A stretch of DNA of 64,000 nucleotides from Octopus sinensis (taxonomy: Eukaryota). The stretch covers positions 15,872,001-15,936,000 of the forward strand of contig NC_043016.1 in the NCBI RefSeq assembly GCF_006345805.1. The letters run 5' to 3'. Positions 50,194-63,817 of this stretch are shown piece after piece; position 1 is the stretch's first letter, and the number at the start of each line of letters is the position of its first letter. Both the position numbers and the translations under genes were made by a program. A model generated the notes under the pieces. The model did no database searches, was not told where the DNA came from, and was given only the letters and a program-made list of their open reading frames with translations.

Positions 50194-51232
50194 AAATAGA
50201 AGAAAGTAAAAAGACATCCATATATTCTGTGTTGTTCACTCATATGCAAGTGGCTTTGTTTTTATGTATTTCAGAAAAATCAGACATTTGTGCAGTTAGC
50301 ATTGTATTTATTTTCCTTTGTGATATTGGTTCTTTCAGTTATACTTTAGTTATTCACAAAACTCCTGAATTAACCCTTTTGCATTCAAATTATTTTGTCA
50401 TGTTATGTCTATTTATTCATGCATTATCGTGTCATTTTATAATAAAAATGATGTAACTGCTTATTTTTAGGACATTGTATGGTAGGTGTGAGAGGCTGTA
50501 TCTGGCTAGTTTGAAAATAAACAGGATATTTTAGCTAGATATGGCCTGTTTGACTACTAAACGGTTAATAGATCCAGTCAGTGAGTTGTGGCCATGCTGG
50601 GATATGTTTCATTAGCAAAGAGCTGTCTTGTTTGTTTCTGTATGCTGGTGGATATTTTTCTTACTGCACTTTCTGATTGATACAATTGAAACACTACATG
50701 GTTGTGAAGAGATCCTTGAACTACACAGCCATATTTGCGCCCATATATTTTGTTATTCCATAGTAGCAACAATAACATACTAAATAAAGTATATTTACTC
50801 TGGTACCAAATCAAGCATAACCACCACCACAGGTCATTTGTTTAAAAGTATCTATATACACCAGCATATTTGCAGTCATCTTTGTAATCACCGTGGAGCC
50901 CATGTATGTTGCCATAACTACCAAGACTTAACTATATAGCTTTTTTTCTTTTCTTTTTACTAATCTGCTCTTTTTTTAACTCAGAATCACTTCTGGTAAA
51001 ATAGCTGTAAAAAAGAACATTTACTGCATCTTTATTCATTTACTTGTTTGTGATTCGGCTGCAGCCGTGCTGGAGCACTGCCTCAAAGGGTTTTGGTCAA
51101 ATTGACCCCAGACCTCATTTCTTTTGAAGTTAAGTACTTATTCTATTGGTATTCTTATCGCTAAGTTATAGGGACATAGACATATAATATATATGTATAT
51201 ATATATATGTATGTATATATATACACAACTCG

Positions 51233-52050
51233 TAAACAAGGGCAAAAGAAAAAATTCTAAAGCCGAAAATAGACTTAAATCGTCAATAACCATATAATTC
51301 ATCACTATAAGCACGCGTCTCGAAAGCCGACAGAAATTTCTAAAAAATTCTGTTATCGAATCGGCCTTGATTTCAGAGTTAATTCATAAGAATTTTCTAC
51401 TCGTTAGCGATAAATACGGTAGGAAATAAATGAAATACTTACTTATACCCAAGGAAGAAGCAAACACTAAGTCATGAGTACACTTAAGTACCCCAAATAT
51501 ATCCAAAATAGAAATTATATAGCACACCCCGAGACACATGTGATCAGACTGAAAATTCTCAGTGAGAGAGAGTCCGGAAGTGAATAGTATTAAATTTACA
51601 TCTAATATAGGATAAAATTTTTCGAAAAAAATTCTATCAATGGCCAGCATATTAAAAAATACCTTTAAAGGTTAAATTTATAAACAACTTAAAAACAAGA
51701 GCAAAAGAAAACTCTGAGAATTTTCAGTCTCGGAGTGTGCTATATAATTTCTATTTTGGATATATTTGGGGTACTTAAGTGCACTCATAACTTAGTGTTT
51801 GCTTCTTCCATGGGTATAAGTAAGTATTTCATTTATTTCTTACCGTATTTATTAATGACGAGGAGAAAATTCTTATGGATTAACTCTGAAATTGGGGCCG
51901 ATACGATAATAATGGAATTTTTTAGAAATTTCTGTCAGCTAACTTCCAGATGCGTGCTTATAGTGATAAATTATATGGTTATTGACAATTTAAGTCTATT
52001 TTTGGCATTAGAATTTTCTTTTGCCCTTGTTTATAAATTTAACCTTTAAA
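51233..52050. repeat. Long foldback (arms over 300 bp) downstream of the ING stop codon
   Basis: TAAACAAGGGCAAAAGAAAA...TATATAGCACAC vs GTGTGCTATATA...TTTTCTTTTGCCCTTGTTTA. Confidence 0.9.
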
Positions 52051-53678
52051 ATATATATAGAAGAGCGTAAGCTTGAAACGTAAAAAACTTTTTCTATTCC
52101 TGAGTTATACATCTGTTTGTTTTGTACACCACCTGTCTTCGTCCTTTTTTTTTTTTTTTTCGTAAACTCTCCCTATATATATATATATATATATATATAT
52201 GACAAGCTTCTTTCAGTTTTTGTCTTCCAAATCCACTCAAGGCTTTGGTTGGTCTGAGGCTGTAGAAGGCACTTGTCCAAAGTGCCATGCAGTGGTTCTG
52301 AACCTGGAACCATGTGGTTGGGAAGCAAGCTTCTTGCCACACAGCCATGTCTGCAGGTATAGAAATACTTATTGAAATATTACAGTAAGATTTTAATTGA
52401 TAATTTATAGTAATTGAGTTATTGCAAGTTTGTAACCAGCTGGTTACATTTTCATGGATGTTTGCAGAATGTTTTACCTGAAGAATTTATATTTTGTTTT
52501 CCAGAATTTAACAGCTGTTTCTCAGAATTCTTTTAACTTCCTCATCTTGATTATTGACAACTCCTTGAGGGATTTGCAGATGTAGGATGTATCAATAATT
52601 TTAAATGAGACATTTTGTAAATATTAGATATGGTGCTGTCTTTCCTTTTCTCTCTCCATCACTATCATACAATTCAAGGTTAGGTGTTGTTTTATGTATT
52701 AATTTAAAAACCAATATAAACACCATCTTCAAATTCATTAATTTCACTTAATTCCAGCTTATCTATTTTGCTTCTGTCTTTTGTAACTGGTTCTATATTG
52801 CATTAGAAATTCCCTGGAAGCTGAAATCCGTTTCATTTGTCTGCCATCTCTTCAGTACTACTTGCCATGTATGTATGTGCATTGCTTTAGTATCCACTTT
52901 AACATGCATGTATGAGTCAAACGTAACTTGTTAAGGCAGATTTTCTTTGGCTGGATGTTCTTTCTGTTTCCAAACACCATCTCTTACTAAACAGGTTATT
53001 ATTTTCCTTAGTCTTTCCAGCAAAATATACTTCAATGGCCAGATGTTTTTGCAGATTTTAAATAAATGACACTGCATGAACAGATTTTTCCAGTGAACCA
53101 ACATGCAGACAAAGGAAAGACCTGAACGTGTGTGTGTATGATAGGCATGCTTATTGTGGTTTCTGTCTACAAATCTACTCACAGAAAATTAGTCAGATTG
53201 TATCTATAGTTGAAGGCACTGAGCATCTGGACTAAGAGGACCTCTCAATCACAGAGCCACATATTTGTGTACATGAGCACACACACAAACACATGTATTG
53301 TACCGGATATTTTATGACACAACATGGTAAATGGAAATTTGGTTCCAGTGCAAGAATTTTTTTTTTTTTTTTTGGTTAATGTGGGTTGAGCAATACAGGT
53401 AGTTTTATGTGCTTGCAGGCAACTGTCCAAGCTTCTTGATGTGAGTCATTATTTACCTTGCTTGGAAACAAGTGATTGCTGGCATCCAGCTGTAAAAAAA
53501 AAAAAAAAATGTGCTTCAGTGAATTCTGCCTGACCCATGCAAGTGTGTGCAAAAGTGAATATTGAAACTATATGTAATTGTTTTTATGTGTAAGTATGTA
53601 TGGACAAACATAAATTGCCAAATAATGCCATACTTTTATATAGTCTCATGTTTGTATCTCTATATACACATTTATATA

Positions 53679-54204
53679 CAAGGGGTTGCTGAAAAGTTCT
53701 TGGCTTTGGGTGAAAGAAAAATACCTGAAGATAAATTATTTTATTCAGCATGTTCCCATCTAAGATTCACACACTTATTGCAACAGTCCTTCAGTTTTTC
53801 TAAGCCCTGTAAAAAGAACTCATCCTTGTCCTCTGTGATTGCAGAAGTTGGCCATCCTGATTGGGACTCATTTGGGACCTCAAAATGACCAGTCTGAAAT
53901 CTTGACACCCAGGTTTTCACTGTGGAGTAAGATGGGCAGCCATCCTTCAAGACTTCTTTCATCTTGCCATGGATTTCTACTCCTGCTTTGCCTTGCAAAA
54001 AGAGGAACTTCATAACTGCCCATGCTTCAATTTTACAAAAATCCACTGTAAGAGCTGCCATCATGCATTAAATCTACAAAAAAATGATATATATTGTGAT
54101 TTTTTTGCATGTCTTCTAAATAGTTGTCCTGTCTCTCCTGTAAAGGTAACAGCTCTACCCTTTTGCAATGTCCTTAAAGCCAGGAACTTCTCAGCAACCC
54201 CTTG
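53679..54204 (-). mobile_element. Internally deleted mariner (irritans/Himar-like) with both TIRs
   Basis: TIRs CAAGGGGTTGCTGAAAAGTTCTTGGCTTT / AAAGCCAGGAACTTCTCAGCAACCCCTTG; 5' TA, 3' CA; ORF 53741-54064 is the N-terminal HTH fused to the C-terminal helix. Confidence 0.9.
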
Positions 54205-56344
54205 CATTGTATGTACATATGAGAAAAGAACCTGGCTGTCATTGACTTGGTACTCCTTTATTCCATCTGTTAAATGTTTCAGTATTTAGCAGCACGTTAC
54301 ATCACATCAGAAGATGTGCTCTATAGGAGCTGCATGGTGAGCATTGTTGGGCAGGAAATATAAGACCAACAGCAACCAAACACATTGGAGGCTTGGGCGA
54401 GAATGGGAGACAGTAGGCAGATTGGAAGAAAGCCAACTGACATTACCACAGGTTGGACTGGTATTTGTGAGGGTAGAATTTAGTCACTGGGCAGGGGGTG
54501 AGAGATGGCATAGTAGCTAGGAGCTACTTCTGGTCAGTAACCTGGCCCACTTGTAAACATACATATGTACCTGTGTGTATGTATATCATCATTTAATGTC
54601 TGTTTTCCATTTGGGATCTAGAGCCACTCTAGATCCCATTGTTTTGGCATGGTTGGATGCTCTACCTAACACCAACCTCTTTACCAGGTGTTGTTGGTGC
54701 TTTTTACATGACACCAGCTTCAGCAGGGTCGACAAGTACTTAGTAAACATGTGCATACACTCATGTATGTATATAAATATATATGTATATACACACTACA
54801 AATCACATCAACATCAATAATAAATAGCAGTGGTAGTGAATTGATTTGACAGCAATAAGAAATTGTAAAGGTAGTAAAGATGACCACAAAGGCCTGACAC
54901 AGTAACGATAAACAGGTAAGAACAACCATGTGTGTACACAGGGGGGGGGGGGAGTGCTGAGGTGAAGATGGATGCCAGTCTACTGTGGTAATGTCATTTG
55001 CTTTTCTAACCTATCTTATTTGTTTTGCTCATACTGCCACTGTTTAAATTTGGTTGCTGTTGGTCTCTTACTTCTTGTCTGACAATATAGTTCTTCATCA
55101 CGCTGGCCCTGTGTTGCGATGCCATGTGTTGCTGAATATTGGAATGCATGCAACAGTGGCAATAAAGGATTTCCAAATGAATGTTCGTATTTTTTTTCCC
55201 TGTGCTCTTTGTATTACATCAAAACCCAGCCCTTGGATACAGACGACCTGTTTGTACTAGCAACAGTGGGAGTTTAATGCAATCAACATCAAAGCCAAAA
55301 CCTAAATGGTTGAAGTGTTGCACATTGTGTGCATCCAAGCATGTATGTATGTGTGTGTGTGTGTGTTTTTTATGTATAGTTATTCTTTAGGTATTTCTGT
55401 CTACTTAGAATTATATAAGCACTGAAACAACAAATGTATAAAAAAACATTTTGACTTGTTTTTACTCTTCTGTTCAATAATGTTGGTCACTGTTTTGGTC
55501 TGGACTTTTTTTTTTTTAAAGACATTTTGAAACAATGCTCCTTAGGATTCTTTATTGTATATATTTGTGATGTGGGTATTTTACTTTTCTTTTTCTATTA
55601 CGCATGGAGTTTGTACAAGAGTAATGCATATACTCATAAAGAATTTCATATGTACTGCCACCATATATTTTTATCTGATTTTTAATCAAAGCCACCAGGT
55701 GTGAACTCTCATCTTTCATTGTGATTTATGTACAAATAAATATATTTTTCATTATCATGGTTTCTTGTTGTATTTAATGCCAGCAGAAGGACCCAGTTTC
55801 ACTTGGGCTATAAACTCATAGCTTCCTTCTAGGTATGGTTAGGTAAATATTTCGTAATGGGCCTGTTTGTACCTCGGTGTTAAATAATTTTTCTCCCTGG
55901 GCTTTTCTAGTGCATTCAACGTATCTGGCCTCAAACCTACTGCAAGCCACTTTTTTCTGGAAAAGGTGTGAGATCATGCATAAACAGCTCCTTTCCCCAG
56001 AAAAGAAAAAATTTGGTTGCTATTTCTTGCACACCCTACTACCACATAACAGCTATCTACAGTAAAGGACCTGCTGATATTTTGCTGTGAAATGACCCCC
56101 CCCCCCCCCTTTTTTTTTTTCCAGAATAAAAGTGGCATGCAGTGGGTTTGTAGGTCAAATTTGTTGAATGCACTCAGAAAAAAAAAAAAAGTTATTTCAC
56201 ATCAAGATATTTCCCTTGTGAAATATTTATCCGTGGTTATTTACTGATACACAAATATACTGGTACAGAAGATTGTAAACAATGAAGGCTGTAATAATTT
56301 TTTGTTACCAGAAACTGTTAGAAAGGTAAACATCAGAGAGAATG

Positions 56345-56628
56345 ATTGGTCCTCACCACTTCATACCGTGTCTTCTTTATACAGCTGTCTTCATATGCAT
56401 CTCATCTCGAAACCAACATAGTCTTCTCTCTTGCATTCTACAGTTGATTCCTCCTATGCCCAGCTTTTCTCTCAATATGTTTGCACTTTGTCGAACATGC
56501 ACATCCAGTGGAACATACTACCTTCATTTCTCTCCAGTCTACACATGTCTTCCGCATTCAGAGCCCATGTCTCACTACCATGGAGTATAGCTGTTTGCAC
56601 ACAAGCATCATATAGTCTACCTTTCACT
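56345..56628 (-). mobile_element. Degraded RTE 3' coding fragment
   Basis: VKGRLYDACVQTAILHGSETWALNAEDMCRLERNE; similar old fragments at about 27300-27590, 37690-37970, 47995-48300 and 61365-61660. Confidence 0.8.
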
Positions 56629-56693
56629 CGCTGGGAATTGAACCCACGACCTAACGATCGCAAACCGAGTGCCCTAGCCATTAAACCACGCGT
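56629..56693 (-). mobile_element. tRNA-derived SINE head fragment
   Basis: CGCGTGGTTTAATGGCTAGGGCACTCGG...GGGTTCAATTCCC; no complete acceptor stem. Confidence 0.6.
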
Positions 56694-56724
56694 CTTCACA
56701 CACGCACACATATATATGTACATT

Positions 56725-57408
56725 TGCAGTCTACACACTTCTTCTATTGATGTTGCAGTGCTCGGAGCTCATTGGTGCAGAAGCTTTCACCCTGTTAGAA
56801 AATTTACCGGCAGTAGACATGATGTCATCATCACTGATACTGGTTCCCAGCCATGCGTTTTTCACGTTGGCGAACAGACGATAGTCAAATGGGGCCAAAT
56901 CAGGAGAATAGGGTTGGTGATCAACCAGTTCAAAGCCATAGCAGCCATTGAAACCAAGGACATGTGTACTGGAACACGAACGAAGGCCCCTTTTGTCAGT
57001 TTTCCTGGGCGTTTGGTAACTGCCTCAACATGTTGGCATAGTGCACTTCCTTGATGATGTGGCCCTTTTGAAGATATTCAATAAACAGACCACCCATAAC
57101 TAAGGCTACCACCTTCCCTGCAAATGATGATACGATCTTTGTCTTCTTTCGGGCAGATGAGGAGGGATATTTTCACTGCATGGATTGTCTCTGGCTTAAA
57201 GTAACCCCTTTACAGGTTAGGATACGCTCAAGAAGATCGCTGGATCTGCCTCAAACAATTCCCCCGTCATCTGACCAACCTGGAGCGCTTTTGATGAGGT
57301 GTCAGAACACGTGGCACCCATCGTACATTGTGCAGAGTATCCTCAACTCTTTCACGGGATATGTTAATAACATTGGCTATTTGATTCATGCGCCTGTTAT
57401 CCACCAAC
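56725..57408 (-). mobile_element. Mariner transposase fragment
   Basis: Minus-strand LVDNRRMNQIANVINISRERVEDTLHN, RWVPRVLTPHQK and DHQPYSPDLAPFDY motifs; many frameshifts; no TIRs seen. Confidence 0.85.
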
Positions 57409-58708
57409 GCTCTTTTATGCTCAAGGCAGTTCCGTCATTCATGTGTACCATCTTTGTTACATTCACCCACCTTTTGTTAAACTTTTCATTAGACGAAACC
57501 TATCTCTCTATCCTTACCTTCCTTTTCAAGTAATACTTGTGAAAGTTGATGAGAGGTTGGCTAAAGAGAAAAGTATTTGTCTCTAAGCCTTTCAAACGAG
57601 TCCACCATACACATTCTTTCACCAGATCCACCAGTACAATGAAAAATACTTTGCCTTCACGGTGAAAGGAAGGTGGCGGGGTAATATTCACAATAGATTC
57701 GGCTGACAACCGAATTCGTCCCACACGTGACAGCAACCGTTCGATATAAGCCCACAGATCTGAAATGTTTGGACATTGCACGAGTGTGTGCAGAACAGTT
57801 TCGTTGCTCTGAACGCATCTAGAGCAGGTCGGTCCGGTGTTTCTTGAATCGTGTCTGTAGAGCTTATCTCGAACGGGCAATACTTCCCGATAGCACTACC
57901 AGGCCAGGGATCTCTGGAAACTGTTCATAGGTCCTGATCCGAAAGTGGTCCTGAAGAGGCGGGTCAGGTATTCCCCGTCGACGCCCAGGATCTCCCCAAG
58001 AACGTCGTCGCATCTCTCCTCCACTAATCCCCTATAAAACGCCTTTGTGGAATTGAAGTTGCACAAGTTTGATCCCAGACAGCAAAGCTGCTCGAGAGCA
58101 CGGTGACACTCGCGGTGCCATTCGCCCAGCCTCGGTCTCTGCTTGATCCATGATTGCAGTTCGGTCAGTGAGGCGAGCGGCGGGAAGGCGCGTCTCACAA
58201 ACGGAGACCACACCTGTTCACCGCCGTCTATGAAAGGTTGGAGATATCGCAGTATCAGCGCATGTCTGTGCATCATCAATCACGGCATTTAGCGGGTGTT
58301 GGCAGCAAATGGATCGCCTGACCATCAGAACGCTTCCTTTCCACGAAAAGCAGAAGAGTATGCGTTCCAGTTTCGTGATGGTAGGGTTAGGACAAGACAC
58401 GACGGTCAGATGGTAGTAGATGACGGATGCAATGTACGCATTCGCTACCTCAGTCCGACCTTTTAGAGATAGCTTCCTCTCGGCCCATTGCTGGGTGAGA
58501 GTGGCCACCCTACTTGTTATCTCGTCCCAGTTCTACTCCATTTGGAGGTCTGGACCGAACCAGACCTCAAGCGATTTAACCGGTCCGTCGGTCTAGTGTC
58601 CCACAATGGAGACGCTTGTGGACGGCATTGGCTTCCTTCTCCAAGTGCCGAGTCGCAAGCACGCTGACTTTCTCGGGTTAATTTTTGCTCCCGTTACCGC
58701 TTCGTATA
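57409..58708 (-). mobile_element. L1/Tx1-like LINE ORF2 3' fragment
   Basis: WAERKLSLKGRTEVANAYIASVIYY, KLERILFCFSWKG and zf-RVT-like CSRCVQSNETVLHTLVQCP; broken by stops and frameshifts. Confidence 0.85.
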
Positions 58709-61674
58709 CGTCGCTAATATAATCGTGTTTGCGAGATGGGATATGGAAGAAAGGCAGTGAAAAATACACTTAAAATGAGAAAAGACGGGAAGGAGATTTC
58801 TCGCAGCCTTGTGGATAATCACGAACTTCAAAAACAAAAAACTATCGAATATTGCCATTCCTATAATGTTTTTTCAGCAGGGATAAACTGGAAAGAAAGC
58901 TCAATTTACCATATGTTCACCAGAAATAATGGTCAGCCACTTTTAAGAAGTAAACAAAAGTTTTCACAGAAAAAACATTGTTATATGATACGAACGCAAG
59001 AGTGACAGCATTAGAGTAGTTTTATTTAAGTGGAAACTGTAAAGAAAACACTTGCAGACCAGACATCCGGCGAACATATAAAAAAGAAGAGTACCCTTTT
59101 CTCGATTGCATTTTCCAAACGGAATGACGTTTCTAAGAAAGCTAATGAAACCTTCCGTTGCTATGATGCAAAAGGAAGTAAGAGTCGTTTCCCTTGACAT
59201 GGGAAAATCGTTGACAAAAGGGGTGGGACACAGAACATTGCGTCCCTTTATTACTGGTGTTCGAGTTATTTTCCTTTAGACATCTGTGGTTTTCCCCATC
59301 ACATCACAAGAGGAATTTATAAATAACAATTACTCCCTCGAAAGGAGCAAAACATCTTTCCTTCAGTTTGGAACGATAAATCTTGCAGTCGAATGAATGA
59401 TAAGAAAAAAGAAAGGGAATTACGATGTGTGCTCGCTGTAAACAAATTACTGGATGCAATAAGTTAAGCAGCAATAAACTTGTTTATTTATATACAAGTT
59501 TATAACTCGCTCCAATATGCTTGAAGCATATTCGAACCTGCGAGAATGCCACTCACTGTGTTTTGTCATGGAGATAATGGTTGCACTGTGAGTTGATCTA
59601 CATGTATTTACACCATTTGGCTACAACAAGAAATTTTCTTCATGAAAAACACAGCGAATGGCTTTCATATGGTTTCAATTATATCTCAAATATATTTGAA
59701 CTGGTATTAACCATGTAAAAAATGGAATGTTGCCTTTAGTTTAACTTTTCTCCTCCTCTAAGTAGCAATTAAGGATGGAGTTAGTTATTTGTCTGTAGCA
59801 GATGCAATAAATACTAAGAGATCTTCCTCTTTATGTAGGGAACAGATCTTGGAAGGGAGGACATGAGAAAATAAGAAGCAAGGAGGTGAAAGGCGGTAAA
59901 CAGACATAATAATCGAAAGAAATAATCATGTGCACAAGAGATGGAAAGGAAATTAGAGTCAGGGAGAACAACAGAATACAAGAGTAGAAGAGAGAAATGA
60001 AAAGAATACGTCTGTATGAAGACTTCTCCTTGCAGTCTCTTGGACAAGATAGTTTACACACACACACACACACACACACTTATAAACCTTACACATACAC
60101 AGTCTCCCTTTTGTCCGTTACCATGACAATAAAACTAGGATTCTAACTGGACAGACAGACCTGAAGCAGACGTTTAGGGAGGAGAGCATGTCACTGATGA
60201 GGTTGTGAAAGGCAACAAAAGGACTTTGACAAACAACTGATCAACTGTCTAACAGAATAATGAAACAAGTAATCAATTAATTAATTGGTTAAATAACTAA
60301 CCAATTGACTAATAATTAAGAAATGAAATTGAACCAGTGCATGTGTTTATTAATTTTGTTACATCACATGAGTTCACACCAATAATTTTGCAAACGAAAT
60401 ACAAAAATGATATATATATTAAAAATCCCCACTCATCATGATCATTGTCATCCTATGTCAGCTTCCTAGGCTGGCATGAGTTGGACAGGTAACCATGGTC
60501 GCAGTCATTTATTCTTGGGGGCCATTACTCCCATAGGTTGTTCTTGTGAATGTCATTTGGCTTGGTTTTGATGGTTGGATGCCCCTCTTTTTAGAAACCA
60601 GTTTACAGAGTGAATTGAATGCATTTTCTTTAGGGCACCAACACTTGACGGGGTCGAATAGTTTGTTATGGGCAATGCAGCATTAAAGAGATCTCGCAAA
60701 GAGATTTACCTGCTCATTTGTCACTCAGATTTTTCTGACATCAGTACTAGGGAGGTAACCTCATTCACCATTCACCTGTTGAGGGAATGTGGCAGGTTTT
60801 GTTGTAGCAGAGGAAGTAGGGTGCTTTGTACATGGTAGATGTGTAGATTGCAGAGGGGAACAGGACAGTGAGTGATGGGAGCAGAAAAATTATAAATGAG
60901 TGTGTGAGATGTATGTGTAAGGAGAGTGTAATTAGAGAAAGTACTCAATAAGCTAGGGTGTGTATATTTGCTCAAGTGGCTGAGAGGAATAGGGGAAGAG
61001 AGAGAGAGAGAGAGAGAGAAAAAACCATCAGACAATAGCAGAGGCGGATAAAGGTAAAGGTAAAGGTGATGAGACTGAGAAAGAGTTGGTGCTGTGCACC
61101 ATGCATCCACGACCATGTCCACCAATAATAAATGCAGAATTGGTGAGAGTGGGAGTGCCATACCTGTAGAGGTGGGAGCATAGTGTTGTTGACTTCATGC
61201 CAAAGTCTTTCTGTTGGTGTGGTCTTGGATGCTTGTGTGTGTGTGGAAGTAGCAGCACTATTCCTGAAGCTTATATCTACACTTATATCACACCCACCCT
61301 TACATTATCAATGTACAGCTTTAGTGTTCATGAACGACAAGGCACAGAGGTATGCTAAGAGAAAAACTAAGTATATGAGAAATCATGTGTTGTGTACGAG
61401 AGACAGCTGCACTGGCATGGATGATGACAATTTGGGTGAAACCATGGCAAGAGATTCATGTGGAAGGGGCCAGAATGGAAGAGAAAAACTGAGGAAAGCA
61501 CAAGAAGTGGTGAAGGTAAATCTCTAGAAGTTGACCCTCACAAAAGAAATGAGAAATGAATACCATATGTGGTGGGGGATGTGGGTGGGTGGAAGATGGT
61601 TTAGAGTGGATCCATCTGATCCATGAGAGCATGGAAAAAGGCAACATAAAAATCATGACGGCAACGATATGGAT

Positions 61675-62181
61675 CAGTGGCTCTCAACTGGGGGCCGTAT
61701 ATGATTTTGTTAAAATTTATATATAATAAATTGATTTTTCTGGCAACGGCCATGGTCAGATTGGTGTATTTTATGTGCCGGTGGCACATAAAATACACCA
61801 ATCTGACCGTGGCCGTTGCCAGCCCCGCCTGGCACCTGTGCAGGTGGCACGTAAAAAGCACCCACTACACTCACGGAGTGGTTGGCGTTAGGAAGGGCAT
61901 CCAGCTGTAGAAACATTGCCAGATTAGACTGGAGCCTGGTGCAGCCTTCTGGCTTCCCAGAACCCCGGTCGAACCGTCCAACCCATGCTAGCATGGAGAA
62001 CGGACGTTAAACGACGATGAATGCAGGAAATATTTTGCCAATTTTTTTATACAATTCCCAATAATATTTAATTATGAATATATATTAGGATTTTAAAAAT
62101 ATTGAATAGTTATGAGGATCCATTTGAGTAAAACAGGAATCTAAGAGGTCCATAGGGGAAGAAAATGGTTAAGAATCACTG
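61675..62181. mobile_element. hAT/Charlie-type MITE interrupted by an RTE 3' fragment
   Basis: TIRs CAGTGGCTCTCAAC / GTTAAGAATCACTG; 8-bp TSD ATATGGAT / ATGTGGAC (6 of 8 match). Confidence 0.75.
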
Positions 62182-62369
62182 ATGTGGACAATCATATCTC
62201 ATACATAAATGTCTTCTAATCTTCATACTGTACAACAGCCATACCAACTATGCTTACTATAGGAGCATGACCTTTAAGGTCACAGGTCAGTCTTGCCCTC
62301 CTCTAACAAATTTACATCTTTAAACACACATTAATGGCCTCAACAGAAACAGGAGATTAAATAAAAACA

Positions 62370-63211
62370 AAAACACAATTAATATTTACAAAGTTTTATT
62401 GGTATAAAAAGTTTTTCCAAAAAACGAAACCAAAAAAAAAAAAAAAATTAAAGTGTTGTTCTTTGAAAATGATGTGTAAATAAAGAGATGGTACCAAGAA
62501 GAAAATACCTTTGAAATGGTTTTACCTCAATCTCAATCAGGTTCCTTATTTTGAACTCCAAGAAGTTTTTAAAAATTTTTTATTTCAATGCAAAATGTGT
62601 GTGTATAAAATACACGTGTGTGTGTTATATATAATGTATACATATTATACACACACTCAATTTCAATACATTTTTTTTAAATACTGAGAGAAGTTAGAAA
62701 AGAAACTATTTGTGACTAATTTCAAGAAAGTCATCCTGAGGACTAAATTGAATGAGTCATAAAATAATACTGTTTTGGAACCAGTTCAAAATTTGGTTCC
62801 CTAATACACAAACTATGAACCAATTTCAATATTAACCCCTTCCTCATCCCCACCCACCAACTTTAAGCATACGTTCATATACACTAACATACAGTATTAC
62901 ACACGATTGAGTGTGTACACATATTAACACTTCCCTCTGAAGAAAAACCGTTTCACAGCAAAACTCTTCTAGCAGCAGCAACCGATTGGAGAGGCAGCTG
63001 TTCCACCAAATCAAAGTTAATACATTGCATTATCAATGTAGTGTTGCCTCATGGACCGAAACAGGCTCCGGTTATCTAACTGTAACAATCACTCTACTAC
63101 CATCCATCTCGTCATTAACTTAGATTGGCAAACATTTATAAAAATTCCATTCTAGATTATTGGAGAATTCTTTTTTAATAGAAAAATTCCAATTTTCTTT
63201 TCTTGAATTTA
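62370..63211 (-). other. Possible terminal exon/3'UTR of a convergent gene lying beyond the window end
   Basis: Repeat-poor sequence; minus-strand AATAAA at 62395-62400 followed by a GT-rich element; candidate acceptor tttttttatgtag at 63212 reading KFKKRKLEFFY-stop or an immediate TAA; protein not recognised. Confidence 0.3.
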
Positions 63212-63786
63212 CTACATAAAAAAATGAAATGTGTCATGGTATCTCGATAGATCCCTAAGCCATGAAATTATACCTAGAATTATTTGACTACCAGACAAAA
63301 TGTCTTGTTATTCATTTTGAGTCTTTACATACTGGGTTCAAATCACACCAAGGCCAATAAAGAATGAGTCAAGTGCTGGGATCTATTTAACTAACTTTCT
63401 GGATTTATAATCTATAAAAGAAATTATTTAACTAGATTGTTACCTGTAAAGACAACAGGTACCATAGAAAGTATATCTTTGCTACCATGGATCAATATCA
63501 AGAAATAAGGCAAACATACAATAATTCTAATTTAACGTTTATCAAATTTCTGAGACCTTAAAAAGAAATGATGAAATAATGAATACTAATTATCAAAATA
63601 AAAAATAAAAATCTCGTTTGACTCCACCCATGACCAATCTGTTTATTAGTCCCTCTCCACCTCCTACAACCAACCCAAGTATATGTACTCATCCTGCACC
63701 TCTCGTGTTAACTATCTCCACCCCTTCTCTAAATGATTTAAAGTGACTGGAGATTTAAAACCAACCTTTATATCAGCTCTCATGGC

Positions 63787-63817
<31 letters not shown>

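Noticed and set aside
50091-50456. 121-aa ORF in the supplied track
   Set aside because: Out-of-frame overlap with the true ING terminal exon and its 3'UTR
63444-63556. Internal coding exon on the minus strand bounded by AG and GT
   Set aside because: Stops in all three frames; at most an alternative terminal exon, which cannot be supported
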